From assembly GCA_010093815.1 (NCBI GenBank), contig ML996574.1: a DNA stretch of 64,000 bases; one strand, given 5' to 3'. This document shows, in pieces, positions 34,723 to 46,068 of the stretch; position 1 is the stretch's first letter; the number at the start of each line of letters is the position of its first letter. The translations under genes and the position numbers were made by a program. This DNA is from Pseudovirgaria hyperparasitica (lineage: Eukaryota). The notes below the pieces were generated by a model. The model was given only the letters and a program-made list of their open reading frames with translations. It was not told the origin of the DNA and did no database searches.

Positions 34723-36516
34723 TACAGGAATCGTTTCAAGAACTGACCAGGATGATATGACATTTATAGATCCGTCAGTCATCGAAGATCAAGTTCAAGT
34801 TGGCAGCATTGCAGGCTCCAAAACAGACACAACGAACGCCTACTATATCCCAGACGACTACAGGCACTATACGCTCTATACTCGCGCCGTTTGCTAGTGT
34901 CTGTCCATTCGGGCGTTCCATCAGGCAAGCGTAAAGCATGCGTAACTAGACATTTACCATGAAAGCGACAACAGTTCATCTTTTTGCAGACACATAGTCC
35001 GTGGATTTGACTGTCGTATGGTAGGGCACTGCAGATCTTCTAGCTCGCGACAAATTCCAATCTCTCGGTCGAGTGATGAGGATTCAATCAAGAAAATCCT
35101 ACAAAACGTTTACAAGACAAACAAGGTTTGGAAGGCAGAAGCGATTAACGAAAATAGCACGGCTGTGTGACTTCGGGTACGAGGCAGGATAAGCAAGGCG
35201 GTGCGTGGAGAAGACTGGTAGCACAGCATGAACATTATGATAGTATGGAACGTATATATATCCATGACGCGAAACACTTGCCCACGCCGCAAACATTGCG
35301 CCATCAACATCTACGCGAGCCCGGCTCCTGCATATGTGGAGATGTACGATTCCAAATACCGAGATATACAAAACGTATGACTAGGTCTTATATCAGTTGT
35401 GCCTATGACGGACTGAGCAATTGGCTCTTTATACTGAGACGCAATGTATATCTTTTAGCGTAGCCCAGTCGTTTATGTCGCAAACACTCTAGGCTTCAAA
35501 ACGTGCGTTGTGTTGGTCGCAGTATTCGTGTTATTCTTCTTCTCAGCATTAGATCTGGAGGTCTTAACAGCACATCCTCGGGTCGCCAAAGGAGTCCAGA
35601 TCGATGTGCATGAACAACAAGCGATGAGCAAAGAACTTATCACCAGCCAGCATTCTGGTGTATTTATTGATAGTCCGAACAAGTGAACTCCGTCCAGTCC
35701 GTGTATGGTGCACTCTGCGAGCCATACACGCCACAATTTTCATATCCATGTCTTGATACTGACAGATGCTTACGCTACACAAGTACTAAACGTCGTTCCG
35801 TCCCAACAGTCCCATCGTTGGATCGGATGATGATGGTATCTGGCGTATATAGAGGGCTTAGTGTGTGGCACAGATGGCTTCTCTCAGGGCGTAAGTTGAC
35901 GTTCGCTCTCATGCACACAGCATGGAAGAATACGATGTCTCTGAAGATATATGGTTCATGAAGAGAACGCAGTATTGTCATTTACATATTTAGCAAGGGT
36001 ATGATATTCAAAGACTGTACATAATAGTATGATGCCCGACGGAACATATTGATGTTAGGGCTGACCTCCAAAGCCGATCGTGCGCTGGGGGCGGAGGGCG
36101 ATGCACCAATGAAGGAGCGCCTTACCTGGCTGCCTTGTTGCCTGGAAACAGTGTGACGCCATGCATGGTACCTACAGTTTTACCTACGGGTCTGCTTACT
36201 TGCCTATAATGCATCACCGATCCACAGTGCCTGTCCTGTACATAGGCAAGGCTATTATGATGTGGACGCGATCTTCTCCTTCAGACCCTCACCATCGTCC
36301 TGATTGACAGCGAATGACTTTGTTGGCGTCCTTATGTCCTTGTCTTCATCCTACCCCTTGTCTTCGCTCATGTCTGTCTTCACTCTTCCTTCCGCTTCTA
36401 CCCGGCTTGTATGCATCTTATAGAGATCGCGCCTGTCAGCATTGTATCCTCCCTAGTTCCTAGAAACTACTTCTGACACCTGGAACCAAGACCTGAGTTC
36501 TCTTCACTGAGAAATA

Positions 36517-39339
36517 ATGGCTGTGGTAGAGGCCCGGCCGAACCCGCCTCCAAACCCGCGCTCGAATCGACCAAACGCCCTAGCTGATATACATTATGGC
36601 TCTATCGTGGCATCTGAGTCGGGAACGCCTTCGGAAGAGGATGAGCATGAAGATGTATCCAAGTATACTAGAGAGGATGCAGAGAATGCGATTGGCGTCA
36701 GTATCGGCCAAGAGCAAACACGCCTCACCTCCCCAAAGACGCCTGCTGCTGAGAAGGCTGCTGCTATGGACGATCTCGATGGAGGAGCATTGTTTGACAG
36801 CGCCCTGGTAAACACTGGCCATGACTCGCAGGAACCCAGCCCTGAGAAGGTGGAAAGTACCGAGGAGCCTTCGAGCTACTTTGAACAACCTATCGACAAC
36901 GCTGTGAACCATTCATATCCCGTCAAAGAAGAAGAGTCCCCTAATTATCCACCCATGCCTTCACCGTGGCGGGCGCAACCTCGCAAGTTTACCCGACTGG
37001 AGGCTACACGGAATACATTGCGAGATAGTTTTGCTGGTGGCCGACGAAGAGCACACTCCAGTAGCGGCATGACTGCCGAAGCGATCAGAAAGTTCATCGG
37101 AAGCCTTCCTTCTATGCCCAAAGGACCTGCTATGCTGCAATTTAGCCTCCCCAATTTCTCCAGCAATGACAAACCGATTGAGGTGAATGAATATACTAGA
37201 GCGAGACCGGCATATCCCACACGCACCAAATCAGGTGCACACAATCTCCCTCAAAATGACGGCGCATCAGGGTCCAAGATTCGACATGACTCCCAGATAT
37301 CCCCTTTGCAAAGTGGTAGCACTATTACCGGACCATCTGCGATGCAGTCTCTAGATCAAGTCGCAGCTTCCGATTATGCAGCTTTGCAACGGGCCAACTT
37401 CGAACAGCCTCAGCGGCCAATCCATCGACCACCCCTGAAAACACTTCCGAGTCAACTTCGGAAATCAGCCTCCCATGATTCGTTGCTCATGCGCCGAACT
37501 CTTTCGACCGCCTCGTCTCTGGGCGACGATGGGCGATTTGACAATGTTTCCGATCAAGTGAATAGTCGATTCAAGGCTATTAAAGACAGCTTGCAGGACG
37601 CCAACTTCAAATTGCCCAGCATACCGACAAGAACGACTTTCACCAATTTTGACTTTAGTGATTCAGTTTCGAATCTCTTTGGCGAGAAGAGGAATAATAG
37701 GTTTTTGGAATCGAATAGTCCGGATGGTTCATTTGGGAGTGCTGGTAGTCGAAGTCCTCGCCCCTCATATAAGCGAGGTTCTTTGAATGCATCTTCAAAT
37801 ACACCAAGCTCATCTGGTATGGACCCCGCTTTTTCTGCTACTCATCCACACTTTACGCGGGCTCTGGAGAGGCTCAACGGAGATGTCGTTATCATGGGGG
37901 GCTATAGGGGCTCTATCCTACGTTCTGCTGAACCTCCCAATCGCCAACTATGGGTCCCTATAAAAGTAGGCCTCAACATACGAAAGGTCGACTTGGAGGT
38001 GGGTCTTGAACCAGAAGATGAGGAGACGATGGAAAAGCGAATAATACCAAGCGGGATGCTCAAAAATATAGGGCCTGTAGACATCTCTCGACGACTCTTC
38101 AAACGATTACGACATTCGGAGAATGCGAAGAGTGGTCGATTACGTGTCCATGACTACGGCTACGACTGGCGGCTTAGTCCTCACATCCTTAGTCGCAAAC
38201 TCATAGAATTTCTCGAGTCTTTACCATGTAATCAACCTGACGTACCATCCTCGGAGCGTGGCGCCACTGTTATCGCACATAGTCTAGGAGGTCTCATAAC
38301 TCGGCATGCCGTGAATAGGCGTCCTGAGCTCTTCGCTGGAGTTGTATACGCAGGTGTGCCTACGCGATGTGTCAACATCCTTGGCCCTTTTCGTAACGGT
38401 GACGACGTTCTCTTTAGTTCACGTGTACTCACAGCGCAAGTCAACTTCAGCATTCGTACGAGTTTTGCCCTACTTCCTCTCGATGGCGAATGCTTCATCG
38501 ATAAGCAGACAAAAGAGCGCTACACAGTCGACTTTTTTGACGTCAAGAATTGGATCGACTACCGCTTTTCTCCATGCATTGCACCACCGCTTCCTGCCCT
38601 CAATGCAGCTCCGCAGAATACCATCTCTGGCATGATCTCCTCCATGGCATCGATGCTCAATGATCTTCCGAACCCCTTGAATCCTCGCAAGAACTCAATG
38701 CCAAAATCATGCTCTGATGGCCCGCCCGCCGAAACAAAAGAACACCTCATGTCTGCCATACATACCGCCGAAGCTCAAGTCAAGTCAGGCGGAGCAAACA
38801 ATTTCGAGCCTCAGATGGGCGGTAAAGGCTCTCCCCCACCCACCTCGGCTTCTCCTCCTGTGACCGCACACAACCAGCATATGCGTCAGAGCTCTGGTAG
38901 CGGGAGCACAGCCTGCACCATTCCATACGCCAAAGCAATCGCATATCTCGAGCGCACTCTCGCGGATACCAAACGATTCAAGCTCGAACTCGAGCATCAG
39001 CCTGCTCATGCTGCTGCAAATGCTTACCCACCCATTGCCACCATCTACGGCAAATCTACACCGACGGTGTATGGTGCGAAGGTCACTGGGCGGGACGGGA
39101 TACGCAGAGCAGATGCGTATGATGAGTTGGCGTTTGCGAGTGGGGACGGAGTTGTGCTGGCACGCGCGGCGCAGATACCGGATGGGTACAAGGTCGTTAG
39201 TGGTGGTGTCGTGAGTAGCGAGCGTGGACATGTCACGCTTTTGGGCGACTTGGAGGCTGTCGGGAAGTGTTTGGATAGAGTGACGCAGGCAAGGAGGAAG
39301 CATGGTATTGGGCTGGGGGTTGGAAAGAGCAATGATTGA
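36517..39339 (+). CDS. Alpha/beta-hydrolase (LCAT/phospholipase-like), yeast YJR098C-like
   Basis: 940-aa single exon. Disordered N-terminal half, then VVIMGGYRGSILR, YGYDWRLS, nucleophile elbow VIAHSLGG, GDGVVL and GHVTLL (candidate Ser-Asp-His triad). Confidence 0.85.
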   Translation: MAVVEARPNPPPNPRSNRPNALADIHYGSIVASESGTPSEEDEHEDVSKYTREDAENAIGVSIGQEQTRLTSPKTPAAEKAAAMDDLDGGALFDSALVNTGHDSQEPSPEKVESTEEPSSYFEQPIDNAVNHSYPVKEEESPNYPPMPSPWRAQPRKFTRLEATRNTLRDSFAGGRRRAHSSSGMTAEAIRKFIGSLPSMPKGPAMLQFSLPNFSSNDKPIEVNEYTRARPAYPTRTKSGAHNLPQNDGASGSKIRHDSQISPLQSGSTITGPSAMQSLDQVAASDYAALQRANFEQPQRPIHRPPLKTLPSQLRKSASHDSLLMRRTLSTASSLGDDGRFDNVSDQVNSRFKAIKDSLQDANFKLPSIPTRTTFTNFDFSDSVSNLFGEKRNNRFLESNSPDGSFGSAGSRSPRPSYKRGSLNASSNTPSSSGMDPAFSATHPHFTRALERLNGDVVIMGGYRGSILRSAEPPNRQLWVPIKVGLNIRKVDLEVGLEPEDEETMEKRIIPSGMLKNIGPVDISRRLFKRLRHSENAKSGRLRVHDYGYDWRLSPHILSRKLIEFLESLPCNQPDVPSSERGATVIAHSLGGLITRHAVNRRPELFAGVVYAGVPTRCVNILGPFRNGDDVLFSSRVLTAQVNFSIRTSFALLPLDGECFIDKQTKERYTVDFFDVKNWIDYRFSPCIAPPLPALNAAPQNTISGMISSMASMLNDLPNPLNPRKNSMPKSCSDGPPAETKEHLMSAIHTAEAQVKSGGANNFEPQMGGKGSPPPTSASPPVTAHNQHMRQSSGSGSTACTIPYAKAIAYLERTLADTKRFKLELEHQPAHAAANAYPPIATIYGKSTPTVYGAKVTGRDGIRRADAYDELAFASGDGVVLARAAQIPDGYKVVSGGVVSSERGHVTLLGDLEAVGKCLDRVTQARRKHGIGLGVGKSND

Positions 39340-40017
39340 ATGGACTTGTATATTGGATATTCTGTCGCCTGTTGGATACGCATGCTCAGTCTCATACGAT
39401 AAACGTGGAGGTTGTTCCATTCGATTTCGCATTCCTCCTAGAACGACGTAGACGATTCACTACTTTTGGTGTATAACACGGTTTTTGAGGCCAATAATAC
39501 TGACCAACTCTCTACTGAATAGACAAATTCGCATAATATTCTAGACTCCATACGGTTGAAGGTAAGAGATAGTAATAGATTCTTTTATAGCGTATTCATA
39601 AGCCATGTGTCGTGTAATTTTCTCATCGGTGGTTGCGGTGTGTAGAGTGTGATAGGGAAGATCCAGAAAGATGGTGTTGGCCAGAGCAAACTCTCGGGGA
39701 TGTCTAGGTTTCTTCTCAGCTTGCTGGAGAGATCTTTGCTTATATGGACACGTTATTAGGAGCACAGAGGTATTGATCCATTACAGTGAATCGGGCAGGC
39801 CTAGAGAGGCAAAGATGGAACGATCACTGTTGAAATCAAGAGTGGCAAGACAGCGATGACTCGAAGAGGCACAGTTGAAATGAGTGGCTGACATGAGGAA
39901 AGTATTTTCATATATTGATTGATATAAGTTATCCTGAATCATGAACGCTCATTACTGCATTCCCACATTGCGCCATTCCCACATGGTTACATGTTCCCAA
40001 GTCTAATATAAAGATTT

Positions 40018-41499
40018 CTAGTCCACAAGCTTGATCTCATCACTCCGACTATCGCTCCTGTTGCGGCCCGGCACTCGGACATGACGATCACTGCCGACGC
40101 TGTCCTGCCGCGAGAGCGTCTCAGCCGGGCTCCGATCCGTCGTCCTGATGCCGATAGGGCGGTGCATGTTGAAGACGCCGTTCGGTCGCGCATGCGTAGG
40201 CCGCTCCTCGTCGTTCTCGCCAAAGTTGACGCGCGGCTCACTGACAATTGTTATCTCCGTCGTCTTTTTCATCTGAGTGCCCACGGGCACAAACGAGTCG
40301 CTCGACAGCCTGTTCTCCTTCCAGGTCCACATTGCATCGCCCTTGCCCATGTCGTCAAGCTCGGTGCCGCGGAAGCTTGAGCGGTGGCGACCATCGCGGG
40401 AGGAGCTTGTTGTGCCGGCGGCGGCGAACTCTTGCGCGTGGGAGAAGCGGCCCTTGGCGTCGCTGGAGATGGCGATGCGTTTGATGAGGTCGGCCATGGT
40501 CATCTCGATGTTGAGTTTGACGAGGTAGGCGAGAGGGTGGAACTGGATGTAACTGGTGGCAGAGAGTCAGAGGGAGACGAGTCGTGAACGGAAGAGGAGT
40601 ACATACACGAAACTGTTGGGTATGCTCATGGCTGCGATGATCATAACATCCATGAGCAGGGAGATGATAATGATACGTTGATTGAATCTGAGCAGCTTGT
40701 GGTACTTCTGGAGACCATTGTCGACAAGACTCTTCTTCACAGCGCGAATGAAGTACCAGTTGAGAGAAGCATCGATGGCAAGGTATATGCCTTTCTCGAT
40801 TCGGTCCCAAATCTCGTTGATGTGGATGTACCTAGAACGTCGAGATTAAGCGATGATCGACCATTCCATCGGATCATGCTTACCGTGAGCTTGTCTGCAG
40901 CCGAGCGGGGATCCAGATGTTGAAGACACTGATATTGACAAGGGTAACGACGACGGCAGTGGTGACCAGGATCCATAGGGACTTTTTGCGATTGGGTGTA
41001 ATGACCCGGATACGATTGATGATAATCTGGAGCAGCAATTGTACTTGGATACACCACCAGAAGACTGTTCATGATCAATATGAGGCTTTTCACTCATAGT
41101 CCGGCATGACTTACGGATAGTGAAGTAGAATGCAAAACCTGATAAACATTAGTGGTCTGCTCGATGTTTTGAGAGTGTATCGTGATTGGACATACTAGGT
41201 CTGATGATCTTCAGAAGATGCATGTAGCATTCCGAGGCCATGAGAAAAGAAACCAGTAACTCCAGCCAGATGAGCCATATGTATACACTTCTCAACGGCC
41301 GCCGTGCACTCTTTGACTGTGCGATGCCTATGTAGATTGCTATACCGACGTTCAAGATCGTCAATGCGAACACAACAGTCGCGATGATGACATCGGATAG
41401 AGTGATGGGCTCAAGGACGTATTCTGGCGAGATAAAAGGTCCCCATGTTGTGAAAGTAGGGTCCTCCTTGAACTCCTTGATACCCGCTGATTGAACCAT
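40018..41499 (-). CDS. Conserved fungal multi-pass (about 7 TM) membrane protein with cytoplasmic tail (5 exons)
   Basis: ATG 41499; four GT-AG introns give a continuous frame with ...SVYIWLIWLEL...FAFYFTILFWWCIQVQLLLQIIINRI...NISVFNIWIPARLQ...INEIWDRIEKGIYLAIDASLNWYFI...YIQFHPLAYLVKLNIEMTMADLI, then a hydrophilic tail. Confidence 0.85.
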
Positions 41500-42772
41500 G
41501 GAGGGCCGATGCAAACAAAGACAAAACGCTGGGTGAGAATCAAATGAATGTCAGATGGATATCGTGCTCTCGACAGTGGAGGTACATGATAGTAGTGCTA
41601 GGGATATATATCCTGCCCTCTCCAGAGGTGTGAACTAAGCGCAAAACGGTTACAGACTTGTGCAAGCCACAACCATAAACACAGTTGCTGACATGGACAA
41701 TTAAGCTGTGGTGGCCTACCCAAGCGCGAACCCAAAGCTCGAGACGCGGGAAGAGCATGAGCGTCGCATAGCGGAAGATTCGGGTACCTGTCCCTCGCCA
41801 GAGCCATGGCCGTCCCGGGGCGAAAGTCTAAGTTGCAAATTCGGGCAGACATTGCAGATGTCCAGAAGCAAGGTTTCAGCGCTGAGTGCCAGCCATGATT
41901 CTGGTCCTGGAGTACGTACCGTTTGTAGAGAAGTCCAACAAGGAGATAGTACCGAGTGTGAACCGCTGTGTACAAACAAAACGATACTGGCAGGGAAGCC
42001 GAGGTTCCAGTCACACTCACTATGAAGTATGAGGTATCTCCCCGTAGTCCCTACCAATGTAGCTGTTGAGGTCTCTACATTCTTACAGCATGGGATGGCT
42101 GTATGGCTGCGCTTGCCTAGCAATTAGGGTACCTCGTATTTTCCTAGAGTCTGTTCCATACTGTGGTCTGTTCCCCCAGTGTTGTGTTGAGAGTGGATGT
42201 GGCGGGTTCTGATCTAGATCTTGGATGCAAACTTTAAATCCATGACCCGCAGCCGACGGACCAATCATACGAGCTCCTGCCGCTCGCTTCTCTTACTCCG
42301 CGAGTCGAGCATTTCATCGACATCCACACCTTTTGAACGTTGGCTGTCGCCGCAGGTGCCTCAATCGGCCCTTTCTGTAGTATGCTTTACGGTATCCATG
42401 TGCCCAGAAGACAACGCAGACCTTCTGATTGCCAAAGTCAGTTTCGAGTATCGCAGTACGAAATTGCTTATAGATGTTGCTCGTGGCGGCATCGGCCGAA
42501 GAAACGACGATGTAAATGGAATTGTCCCGGGCCCCCGGCCACTAATCCATTTAATTGAAGACGAAAGCCCTCGGGCACCATTCAGACCTTTCAAATTCCA
42601 GCCAGCGCCGTGGCTGAAGCCTATTATAGTCTGAGGCTAAGCACTACCGAGAGCGCAATGCAGCTACCGTGGGCGAAACAGCATAAGGGTTTTTCACTAC
42701 GGGATAGGGCTGGGCTGTTACAGATTTTGACTTCTCTTTGACGAATCTTACAGGCCGCTAAGCTATTACCGG

Positions 42773-42807
42773 TGCTTCCTAATCTGCTTCCTAATCTGCT
42801 TCCTAAC
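42773..42807. repeat. 12-bp tandem repeat x3
   Basis: TGCTTCCTAATC, TGCTTCCTAATC, TGCTTCCTAAC. Confidence 0.85.
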
Positions 42808-43699
42808 GCAGAAGATGCCCCAGATCCTTCCAGTCGCGGCACTTATCTCGATTGCACGGACATTCATGTGGCGATCAGGACAGTGCTCTTGATTTCAAGG
42901 CCTCATATACTTTGTCTACCCTGTAGCAGGATACGAACATGGATTTTGGGCTGAGGAAGCCACCAACAGAACTGCAAAGATCTTGTGTTGATGCCCTGAG
43001 CCCGCACATGATGGTTCGCATACGGCTGATGGCTTTTGTTGTCCCTGGCCTCCCGAACAATTTCATCAAGGGTAGGCATGTTCCGACTCTCGATCTAGTC
43101 AGACTAGACACCGCGCTACTCGGAGGTGACTGCGAAATGATTATGGATCGGACTATCGTACCATGGGGCCCCATGGCGAGTCTAGGTTGGCTTCCTGGGA
43201 TGCCTGGACCTCTGAATGTAGTCAAGTGCCTTGTCAGTACTAAAGACGTCACCTCGCAGAGCACGTAATGGAGCTATGTCTTTGAATGTTACTGCGGCAC
43301 TAATAATACTCGAAAATCTCCGAGCGTTCGTTCAACCAGTCACCGTTTGCGGGACCGCTAGTAAACCAAAATAATCTCCAGACACGCCGCACCACAGAAG
43401 CTCTTGCAATGATTACTATGTAGACTATGACCAGCACGACGAACGACCCAAATAGGTGAGGTCCCTACTTCTGTTCGTCGATCCAACAATGTAGGACCCA
43501 AGAACGAAACCCTAAGCGACGTAGACAGGCCAAGAGAAAGGTGTAGAAGTTGGAAAAAAAAATGCATAATGAGGGTGCCAACTGCAAAGATGCAGGGTAG
43601 AAAGCCCCACCCAGCATCAAGGTCGCCTAGTTTGAGTTCCGGTAGCAAAACAGTCTCGTACGAAATAGGCCTGCCCCGAGATTTGTCTCAATGCGGGAG

Positions 43700-44990
43700 C
43701 GTGTGCTGGACTCTAGTTCTGAATCCATGATCCCTGGTATTCTAGAGCCGCTCGCGAGCTCTCATATAGCCTTGTTCTCTCCTGCGATCTCCTTACATTG
43801 TTGTATCTTCATGGCCAAATAACAATGCGACCACATTAGGAACATGCCAACAGACCAAATAATGAGGATTATCAGCATGAGCTTGAGCAGAAGCCCCACT
43901 GAGATTTCAATGCGAAGAGTCAGTCTTAGCGCAGAAACATACAGCAGAAGTCGATAATCCTCAGATGTCTCGCAGGAACCATTCTCCCCGATGTACCTGT
44001 AGTCGTACACGGAAATCGATGTATTCCATTTGGCTCGCAAAATATCCTCTTGGGCTCCCGGAGTTTCTGCATCAAAGTTGGAGAAGGGACCGTCTGATGG
44101 GAGGTAGTAGCCCGTGATGTCGAGCACCGGTATTGGCAACGACCCGCTGTTTAAAGTGTACTGCCCATGTGATGTCCATCGTGTTACACTCGAAGTTGTG
44201 GCTAAGAGACGTCGTGGACATGGAGCAGTAGAAAGAAAAGCTCCACGGACAGCGTTCCTGAGGAAGAACTGGCTCCGCTGAACACATTGCTAGTTTTCTG
44301 CCTGCAGTGCACATATGACCACAAACACCAACCAGTGCTTTTGGGCCACGTCACGACGAATTCATCTGCCCTGTTGATACTCGATCCATCATGTATGATG
44401 AAACGATCCCCCTTTTCAGTCCTGATGAACAACCTTACAACCCCACTACACCCAGTCATCGAACTCCCAAATCTCGGACAGGCTAGCAAAGATACCATGG
44501 TCATGACTATGAATATCATGACGAGCATGGATTGCAGTCTTTTGATAGAAAAGTCACGCACCAGGTGTGGGATATCGTAGAGCATAGGGCCAGTCTGGAT
44601 GAAGACAGCACGATAGGTGAGGAATGTGATAGGCGATACCCGCATCGAGGTCGTAACACGCATGGCGAACATCTGCTACGATATGAACGCAAAAAGAGCC
44701 TGGCTGCGACGACTGAAGCACTGCAGGTGTTATTAGACTCGAGCATCATTTCACGTCGTAACGTTAGATTGATAGCTCACCACATCTATGACTTTGCCTG
44801 TAGTGAAGCTCGAGGTCCCGAAATCAGGTGTGATCTAGAAAAACCCAGAGTCCGATCACAAGCTGTAGAGTGGAGTGTGCATCCGGAACGAGCCATCAGG
44901 CATGCATGCCGCATCCTGACGAGAGAACGCATAGGAGCTGCTGATAGGGGCTCGTCACAAGCAAGCAAGTGAAGAGAGCAGACAGCCAGA
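43700..44990 (-). pseudogene. Decayed gene for a fungal multi-pass membrane hypothetical protein
   Basis: Protein-like fragments CMPDGSF...GFF*IT...GKVIDV, QALFAFIS*QMF...SPITFLTYRAVF, SSMTG...IIHDG, LPIPVLDI, YIGENGSC, LIIWSVGMFLMW...KAI*EL. In-frame stops at 44858-44856, 44837-44835, 44678-44676 and 43764-43762, plus apparent frame changes. Confidence 0.6.
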
Positions 44991-46068
44991 TAGATGGAAA
45001 AAGCCGCACGTTACCATCACGTACGCATATCCCTCCTGATTTGACGGTGACTACCGACCCAGCCTGTTGAAAAGATGGTCTTGCTCTTTCAAATCCATGA
45101 GTATGTGCCCGATCGATCTCAAGGGAAAAATCAAAAGCCTCTTGCCCTCTACTTAAAGGCTATTTACTGCTGGCATACCTTATCACCGAACCTGATGCCC
45201 AGCCGCACACAGGCCAGGCTAGATCTAGCAAGGCTGAAGGGTGAAGTAGACGAAGTCCAATACCCGTCATGGAGACACGGCCAAGAACCTATCACTGCGT
45301 AGGCTTCCCGAGTATGCTCGTATACCTGCAGTCCCTTTTTATCGCAACGTCCAATCACAATTAATTACCCATACATTTCGATTCGACACTAGAATCATTC
45401 TATTATCGCACGACGCACGCAAGCATAGACTCCTACCTCCCTCCCTCACATCCTCTGCCTGCGCTCCACACACCCACACACACATACAACGCCAGACTAA
45501 ATCTTATCCAGACAGAGAGGACCTTGGCACATCGTGCATATACAGCCGTATGCACAAACGAGGAGATGAAGTAAGACAAAACCCCGAAAGTGTATAATGG
45601 AGACGGGATCGACAGCCGAATGTGGAGAAGAACTTGGTGGTCCTGTTGCCTCAGGCACATTCATGTGCACATGCCTCCCGTCCCGTCAACACTTCTTCCA
45701 TGTACCGGAAGGCGCGGCACGAGGACAATCGTCATTATGCATTCAACAAATCTTACAGTAGTCTCAAACATTGATGCCACAAAAAAGAATTCTTCTTTAA
45801 GTATCATGCCATACTATGCTATGAAACGCTCATCCCATTCGTGCGTTGCTCTGCTGGCTTCGCTCAATGCCTACGACCATGGTCGGTCGTCATTACAAAA
45901 GTGGCCATCATGCTATCTAAATGCAAGACATCACTGCCGTTAACTAGCATCCATCATTCATATTCGTCAATTCGTCAAGATATCCACGTCCTATCGCATC
46001 GAGAAAGTGCTTCCGGGACGAGAGTCCTCTACCAGGGAACGCAATCTCGGGTTCATCGATTCGTGGGC

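Noticed and set aside
35473..35981. Short minus-strand ORFs with a faint F-box-adjacent look (LHEPYIFRDIVF)
   Set aside because: Too short and fragmented to support even a pseudogene call.
38785..39432. 215-aa minus ORF, the 213-aa ORF at 61463-62104 and similar ORFs opposite real genes
   Set aside because: Antisense shadows of well-supported coding regions.
44676..44858. Premature stops rescued by A-to-I mRNA editing (TAG/TGA to TGG)
   Set aside because: One stop appears to replace Gln, and there are further stops and frame changes downstream, so simple decay is more parsimonious.
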